From the NCBI GenBank assembly GCA_963827275.1, contig CAWHAA010000008.1, forward strand, positions 192,001 through 256,000: DNA of 64,000 nt. Direction: 5' to 3'. The number at the start of each line of letters is the position of its first letter. Position 1 is the stretch's first letter. This DNA is from an uncultured Spirochaetota bacterium (lineage in GTDB: Bacteria; Spirochaetota; UBA4802; UBA5550). Positions 58,743-64,000 of the stretch are shown piece after piece. The translations under genes and the position numbers were made by a program. Below the pieces are notes generated by a model. The model did not search any database, was not told the DNA's origin, and saw only the letters and a program-made list of their open reading frames with translations.

Positions 58743-59816
58743 TCATGCCTTGATATCAAATTCACTATTTAATGAGTAATATGAATAAATTTCAACTATT
58801 TTATTTATGGCCTGCTGCGTGTTGAAGAAATTTATGACTGCATGCGGCTTCAGACTCTCGAGTGTGCGTATAAGTTCTCCCGACCCGCTTTTCAGAATAT
58901 CAAGCGCCTCATCCCTGTCGCAAAACACCGAGACCAGCAGCTCTTTGTCCGTTTCCCTGGCGACGATCTCGAGCCTGCCGATAGCGGAAAAATCAACGCT
59001 GAAGAGCCAGGCGTCACCGGCGTCGCAATACCTGGCAGGGTGAAATCCGTCCCCCTCGATGAAGGCGAATTCTCCGGAACGGACCGCTTCCCGCGGCATG
59101 TCCCCGCCGGTCAAAAATTCGAGCAACTGCCTGATGACGGTCTCCTTTGCTTCTCCGTCATCGATCGATCCGATCTCCTCGAGGATTGCATCGGTCATTG
59201 GTCCCGCCCCGGCGGTCCCGCCTGCCGCGAGCCTGCGGAGGCGGTCCTCGCCAAACCCCAGCACGAGGAGCAGGGACCTGAGCGAGTGGGACCTGGCCGA
59301 CATGCCGGAGAGGAGCAGCGACAGGTCGGCGAGCGCGCTTTTGTCGAGGCCGCGCTTTGCGAGGTAATTGAGGAAGCGGGAAAGCCCGTCGTCCTTTGTG
59401 TCGCGGAGCGGGCGATTGAGGAGGAGGGCGTTGAGCTCGAAGATCCCCGCAGGGTGCTTCGCGAGCGCGCCGCCCAGATCATGCAGGACCCTCTTTCGTA
59501 TGACGGCAGGGTCGAACACCGTCATCTGCATTACCTGCCGGATGAAGCCTTCCCTTGTTTCGGGGGGGGTGAGCTTGAAATAATACGAGTCCCCGCTGAC
59601 GGCGTCAAGCTTCAGGGTCACCGCGCCGCCGGCGGGGACGCCCTTCATGAACTGCGCGTGGATCCTCCTCCCGCCGATCTCGATGACGGCGTCGCGGGCG
59701 CCCACCCGCTCGACCACGCGCGCCTGGACTTCCGCGCCTTTCTTGATCCCGTCAAAGAGCGAGCGCATCGCGGTCCGTCCGGACACGGTTACGGTGATTG
59801 TCGGCTCTACTTTCAT
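58743..59816 (-). CDS. Hypothetical protein with FliK-C-like C-terminus
   Basis: VDFSAIGRLEIVA...LLVSVFC...L...L pattern; position next to the EscU-like gene. Confidence 0.55.
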   Translation of the reverse strand: MKVEPTITVTVSGRTAMRSLFDGIKKGAEVQARVVERVGARDAVIEIGGRRIHAQFMKGVPAGGAVTLKLDAVSGDSYYFKLTPPETREGFIRQVMQMTVFDPAVIRKRVLHDLGGALAKHPAGIFELNALLLNRPLRDTKDDGLSRFLNYLAKRGLDKSALADLSLLLSGMSARSHSLRSLLLVLGFGEDRLRRLAAGGTAGAGPMTDAILEEIGSIDDGEAKETVIRQLLEFLTGGDMPREAVRSGEFAFIEGDGFHPARYCDAGDAWLFSVDFSAIGRLEIVARETDKELLVSVFCDRDEALDILKSGSGELIRTLESLKPHAVINFFNTQQAINKIVEIYSYYSLNSEFDIKA

Positions 59817-60532
59817 CCCCGGTCCCCGTCCGCCCCCGCGGCGTAAAGGCTTTTGACCGGCTCATAGCTCATGCGGTGCACGGGCGATATCCCCCGGTCG
59901 TGGATGGCCTGGATATGACGGCGGGTGCCGTATCCCTTGTTGCCGGTAAAATTATAGCACGGCCAGAGCCTGTCGAGCCGTTGCATGATCATGTCCCTCC
60001 GCACCTTGGCCTCGATGGAGGCGGACGCGATGGAGATCGATCGCGCGTCCCCTTTCCGTATCGAACGAATGGGAACGCGCGCATGGAAAGAAAAATTTCC
60101 GTCCAGGATGACGATGTCGGGCGTGATGCCTATGGTTTCGAGGAGCCTGTTCACCGCGTATTCGGTCGCACGGTTTACGTTCAGCCGGTCCACTGTCCGG
60201 TGCGAGACAAGGATCGACGAGGTGAACAGCGCTCTGCCGCGTATGAAGTCGAGCGCGGCGAGCCTCTTCCGGGGGCTAAGCTTTTTCGAGTCATCGATGC
60301 CGGGCAGGGGGCCGGGCAATGATTCAATGAAGGAGCGGTCGTAGATGGTGATGCCCACGCAGAGCGGCCCGGCCAGGGCGCCGCGTCCCGCTTCATCCAT
60401 GCCGGCTATGATGCGGCAGCCGTCCCGGACCAGGTCCTGTTCAATTGAAAAATCGGGGCCATGCAAAAAGGCGGACCTGCGGTCCGCCTTTTTTTTTACC
60501 GGTGCGCCCTCATGTGAGCTGCCCTTCAACAA
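59813..60532 (-). CDS. rnhB: Ribonuclease HII (start uncertain)
   Basis: AGMDEAGRGALAGP, IDDSKKLS, ILDGN, KGD..S.SIASASIEAKV.RD, NKGYGT..H, HRMSY. Confidence 0.95.
   Translation of the reverse strand: MLKGSSHEGAPVKKKADRRSAFLHGPDFSIEQDLVRDGCRIIAGMDEAGRGALAGPLCVGITIYDRSFIESLPGPLPGIDDSKKLSPRKRLAALDFIRGRALFTSSILVSHRTVDRLNVNRATEYAVNRLLETIGITPDIVILDGNFSFHARVPIRSIRKGDARSISIASASIEAKVRRDMIMQRLDRLWPCYNFTGNKGYGTRRHIQAIHDRGISPVHRMSYEPVKSLYAAGADGDRG
60465..60497 (-). terminator. Intrinsic terminator after rplS
   Basis: A9-GGCGGACC-GCA-GGTCCGCC-T5 on the minus strand. Confidence 0.8.
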
Positions 60533-60555
60533 TTGTCCTGCCCGGAAGAACGGGG

Positions 60556-60987
60556 TTACTCGTTCGGGGTCCCTTCCTGCGCTGGGGCCTCCCCGACCGC
60601 GGGGACGTCGGCACCGGAAACCGAGTGCTTTTTCGTGCCTTTTTTTGTCTTCTCGCGGAGCTTCGCGGACTTGCCCGTCCGGTCGCGCAGGTAGTAGAGC
60701 TTGGCCCTGCGGGCCTTGCCCTTGCGGACCACGTCGATTTTGGCGATCCTGGTCGAATAGACGGGAAAGATCCTCTCGACCCCGACGTCAAAGGAGAGCT
60801 TGCGAACCGTGAAGGACTTGCTCATGCCCTTGTTGTCGATCGCGATGACGATGCCTTCGAATATCTGGATGCGCTCGCGGTTCCCCTCGACGATCCGGTA
60901 GTGGACCTTGACGGTGTCCCCTATCTCGAAATTTATCTGTCTATCGACAGGCATTATTTTCTTTTCGATTTCCTTCATGATTTCCAT
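60556..60987 (-). CDS. rplS: 50S ribosomal protein L19
   Basis: [46 protein letters not shown]. Confidence 0.98.
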   Translation of the reverse strand: MEIMKEIEKKIMPVDRQINFEIGDTVKVHYRIVEGNRERIQIFEGIVIAIDNKGMSKSFTVRKLSFDVGVERIFPVYSTRIAKIDVVRKGKARRAKLYYLRDRTGKSAKLREKTKKGTKKHSVSGADVPAVGEAPAQEGTPNE

Positions 60988-60990
60988 CGT

Positions 60991-61690
60991 TTATTCTCCT
61001 GATATTTTTCTTAAAAGATATTTCCTGTAAAGGTCCGGCCTGATCCGCCGTGTCTTTTCTATGCTCTGCTCCCGCCGCCACGCGCGTATCTGTCCATGGT
61101 TCCCTCCGAGCAGGACCTCCGGCACCTTCATGCCGCCGGTCTCCTCCGGACGGGTGTACTGGGGATACTCGAGGAGGTCAAGCTCGAAGCTCTCCTCCGA
61201 AAGCGATTCCCTGTTCGACATGAACCCCGGCACGAGACGGGAAACCGCGTCGATTATGCTGAGCGCGGCATACTCCCCGCCGGAGAGTACGTAATCGCCG
61301 ACCGAAATCTCGTAATCGACGTAGCGGTCGATGATCCGCTGGTCAACCCCCTCGTAATGCCCGCATACAAGGGTCAGCGCCCTTCAGGCCCGCCAGTTCC
61401 TTCACCAGGTCCTGCGTGAGGAGCGTGCCTGACGCCGACGTCATCGCCACGGGAACGCCCTCCTGCCTGACGCTCTCTATCGCGCCGGCCAGGGGCCCCG
61501 GCATGAGGACCATCCCGGACCCGCCGCCGTACGGGTAATCATCGCAGCGCCGGTAATTGTCGGTCGCGAAATCGCGAATATCGGTTATCGTAACGCCGAT
61601 GGTCCCGGATTCGACCGCCTTCCCCAGAAGCCCGGAGGCGAGCGGCGAGGAGAAGAACCCGGGAAACAGTGTCACAATGTTAAAAATCAA
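60991..61690 (-). CDS. trmD: tRNA (guanine37-N1)-methyltransferase, split by a +1 frameshift at ~61380-61382
   Basis: TLFP, DDYPYGGGSGMVL in one frame; LVCGHYEGVDQR, SVGDYVLSGGE, LLEYPQYTRP, GNH..I..WR in the next. Confidence 0.95.
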
Positions 61691-62207
61691 TCAGTCCCTC
61701 GACAGGATGAATGTCCAGTCTGCCCTTCCGGATCTCCCCGGTGTCAACCATCGCTTCGACAAAAGGGACCATGAAGGTGTTTCCCCGGTCGTCGGCTATG
61801 ATGAGTATCTCGCCGGCGCCCGCTTCGAGGATGTCATTCACGGTGCCGAACCGCCGCCCTTCGTGATAGACGTCGCACCCGATTATATCGTAATAATAAT
61901 AACTCCCTTCGCCAAGCCCGCTTCTCGTTTTTTCGGCCTCGGATTTTTCTATGAAGATATCGAGTCCTTTGAGGGCGAGGGCCTTGTCCCGGTCATCGAT
62001 GCCGTCGAGCTGCAGGAGGGCGGTTTTCCCCTTCTGGGGCGTGAAGCCGGCTATCGTAAATTTCCGGTACGTGTTATCGTGTTGAATGAAAACGTTATTG
62101 TTTTTTTCGAACCGTTCGCTGAAGTCAGAGACGACCGCGATCCTGAGGCGGCCGGTCAATCCATGGACGCCCGCCACAACGGCTATACGGATATATTCAT
62201 CTGCCAT
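61680..62207 (-). CDS. rimM: 16S rRNA processing protein RimM
   Basis: HGLTG.L, GIDDRD.A..LKG, YYYYDIIGC.V, VPFV; position between khpA and trmD. Confidence 0.93.
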   Translation of the reverse strand: MADEYIRIAVVAGVHGLTGRLRIAVVSDFSERFEKNNNVFIQHDNTYRKFTIAGFTPQKGKTALLQLDGIDDRDKALALKGLDIFIEKSEAEKTRSGLGEGSYYYYDIIGCDVYHEGRRFGTVNDILEAGAGEILIIADDRGNTFMVPFVEAMVDTGEIRKGRLDIHPVEGLIDF

Positions 62208-62443
62208 TAATCCAGAATTTCCAGCACCACCCGTTTCCCTGATTTCGTCGCGGAAGCGTTTATTATTGTCCGGATCGCCCGGGCGATCCGGCCGTGTTTT
62301 CCTATGACCTTGCCAATATCTTCCTTGGTTACGCGCAACTCGAGGATTGTCGATTTTTCACCTTCAACTTCCCGTATCTCAACCTGTTCCGGATGGTCCA
62401 CCAGGGACTTCACCATGTAATCAACGAGTTCTTTGTAGTCCAT
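62207..62443 (-). CDS. khpA: KH-domain RNA-binding protein
   Basis: LVDHPEQV, DIGKVIGKHGRIARAIRT. Confidence 0.93.
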   Translation of the reverse strand: MDYKELVDYMVKSLVDHPEQVEIREVEGEKSTILELRVTKEDIGKVIGKHGRIARAIRTIINASATKSGKRVVLEILD

Positions 62444-62460
62444 TCCCGCCTCCGGTCGGA

Positions 62461-62724
62461 TTATCTGGCGCTTTTAAACTTTTGCCAGAGCCCCTTTTTT
62501 TTCAGCAGCTGCAGGATTGTGCTCGTCGGTACGGCGCCTTTTCCGAGCCAGTGGAAGAGCTTTGTTTCATCAATGACTAATTGTTCACCCTCAACAATCG
62601 GCTGGTACCTGCCAATTTGATCGATGAACTTACCGTCTCTCTTTTCCCTTTCATCAATGGCAATTACCCGGTAGAATGGTTTCTTTTTCGTTCCTATTCT
62701 CTGCAAGCGTATCTTAACGGCCAC
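62461..62724 (-). CDS. rpsP: 30S ribosomal protein S16
   Basis: MAVKIRLQRIG.KKKPFYRV, RDGKFI..IG.Y.P, WL.KGA.PT; AGGAGG RBS. Confidence 0.98.
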   Translation of the reverse strand: MAVKIRLQRIGTKKKPFYRVIAIDEREKRDGKFIDQIGRYQPIVEGEQLVIDETKLFHWLGKGAVPTSTILQLLKKKGLWQKFKSAR

Positions 62725-63023
62725 GGGTACGTTCCTCCTGAAATGATTAGGAATTTATTTATTTTTAACCCCCCTTTTTTGTCAATAGAAAATAGTCAAA
62801 TTTGGGTAATTAATCAGATTAATAATGCGGTTCAGCCTGCTCTAACCGCCCCAGATCTCCAGGTGGGGCAGGAAGGATAATGCTTTTTTAACTTTCCGGG
62901 AAGTGTACCCTCCCCGGGGCCGGCCGGGGAGACGTAACGCGCTGGATCTGAAGCTGACCTTGTCACGTGAAGCCCCTCCGGCAGAAAAACGCCGGGAAGG
63001 GCCTTAGCTATTTCCAGGGGCGG

Positions 63024-64000
63024 TCAGTTCGAGATTATACCCGCATAGGTTAACCAGCCGGTCGCGGCCTGGTAGAGGGCGACAGATCCCGGAGATGGCA
63101 CATAGATATGTAGTAACCCCGTATCGCCGTTGAAGATATTGGCCTGGGTCGTTGGCGGATTTTCCGGCTTTGCGTTCACGGTCGCAAGGTTTTCACAGAA
63201 GTGGAAGGCATAATTGTCTATGAAAGTGACAGCGCTGCCGAGTGTCACCTCGACAAGGCTGTTGCAGTCGGCAAAAGCCTGCTCCCCTATACCCGTGACG
63301 GTATTCGGTATTGCGACATTTATCAGGCCGCTTCCCGAAAAGGTATAATTGTTTATAATTGTAACGCTGTCGGGAATGGTCACGGCCGTCAGGGACGTGC
63401 AGCGCAAGAACGCGCCCAGCCCGATGCTCGTGACGCTGTTCGGGATCGTCACACTCGCCATCGATGTGCAGTCGCAGAATGCGTAATCCCCTATTGAGGT
63501 GACGCTGTTCGGCAGCGCCACTCCCGTAATCGCGTTACAGTAATAGAAGGCGTACTGGCCGATTGACACGACGCCGGACCCGATCGTCAGGTTTGCCGCT
63601 GACGTGCAGTTCCTGAAAGCCCTCGTCCCGATGCTCGTGACGCTGTCCGGGATCACTATGCTCGTAATGCCGCTGCAGCCGTTGAAGGCGTCAATGCCGA
63701 TTGTCGCGACATTGGGGCCTATCGTTATACCTGTCAGCCCGGTCAGGCCGTCGAACCCCGCGTCCTCGATCGCAACGACCGGCAGCCCGTTATAGGTCGC
63801 GGGAATCACCACGTTCCCTGACGTGACCGAACCGGCGTTCACGCTGTAGCCTCCTGCGTACATATTATAGGCAAGATTATCGGTTGCCCATTGAGCGTAC
63901 AGGTATATGTTATTATTTATGGTAAACGTGTTCCCCGGCTGGTAATCGGCACCGGTGCCATTCGGCTGGGTGTTCCATCCCACGAAGATGTATCCCGGCC
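63024..64000 (-). CDS. BspA/TpLRR-type leucine-rich-repeat surface protein with an InlB-B-like repeat, 5'-truncated by window edge
   Basis: ~23-aa repeats IPxSVTSIGxxAFxxCxxLxSV; GWNTQPNGTG.DY.PG...LYAQW. Confidence 0.9.
   Translation of the reverse strand, partial: PGYIFVGWNTQPNGTGADYQPGNTFTINNNIYLYAQWATDNLAYNMYAGGYSVNAGSVTSGNVVIPATYNGLPVVAIEDAGFDGLTGLTGITIGPNVATIGIDAFNGCSGITSIVIPDSVTSIGTRAFRNCTSAANLTIGSGVVSIGQYAFYYCNAITGVALPNSVTSIGDYAFCDCTSMASVTIPNSVTSIGLGAFLRCTSLTAVTIPDSVTIINNYTFSGSGLINVAIPNTVTGIGEQAFADCNSLVEVTLGSAVTFIDNYAFHFCENLATVNAKPENPPTTQANIFNGDTGLLHIYVPSPGSVALYQAATGWLTYAGIISN

Noticed and set aside
63024..64000. Nucleotide repeats as a CRISPR array or DGR template
   Set aside because: They are in-frame ~69-nt LRR coding repeats; no spacers, cas genes or reverse transcriptase in the window

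Overview
A 64-kb GC-rich chromosomal segment of mostly housekeeping and metabolic genes. It is probably from an anaerobic spirochaete, inferred from the rpsP-khpA-rimM-trmD-rplS-rnhB-FliK-like-EscU-like-HD-GYP-yraN gene order. Contents in order: PTS IIA end; leuS; a TetR/LolA-like/ABC/beta-barrel envelope operon; an AT-rich membrane-sensor plus microprotein pair; two paralogous unknown envelope proteins coupled to larEBC-cobO; an ECF sigma/anti-sigma unit; a B12 radical SAM gene; selC-selA-selB-coaX; metH and a Hcy-methyltransferase/MTHFR fusion; lipid-metabolism genes; a complete IS30 element (terminal IRs, 3-bp target duplication); a PrsW-PilZ-cNMP fusion; a DsrE/Cys-rich ECF/ferritin-like unit; a second, orphan ABC permease pair; lsrF; the rpsP-rplS cluster; and a truncated BspA-type LRR protein. 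Six single-base +1 frame breaks, including in the essential leuS and trmD, most likely reflect sequencing or assembly error. The best leads are a short (12-bp acceptor+T) tRNA-Sec, the cyclic-nucleotide-binding PrsW fusion and its neighbouring ECF unit, the output-less sensor with a 71-aa partner, the P13/TM2-like paralog pair coupled to nickel-pincer genes, and an unannotated 24-aa ORF ahead of the radical SAM gene. All family assignments are by-eye motif recognition; no database searches were run.
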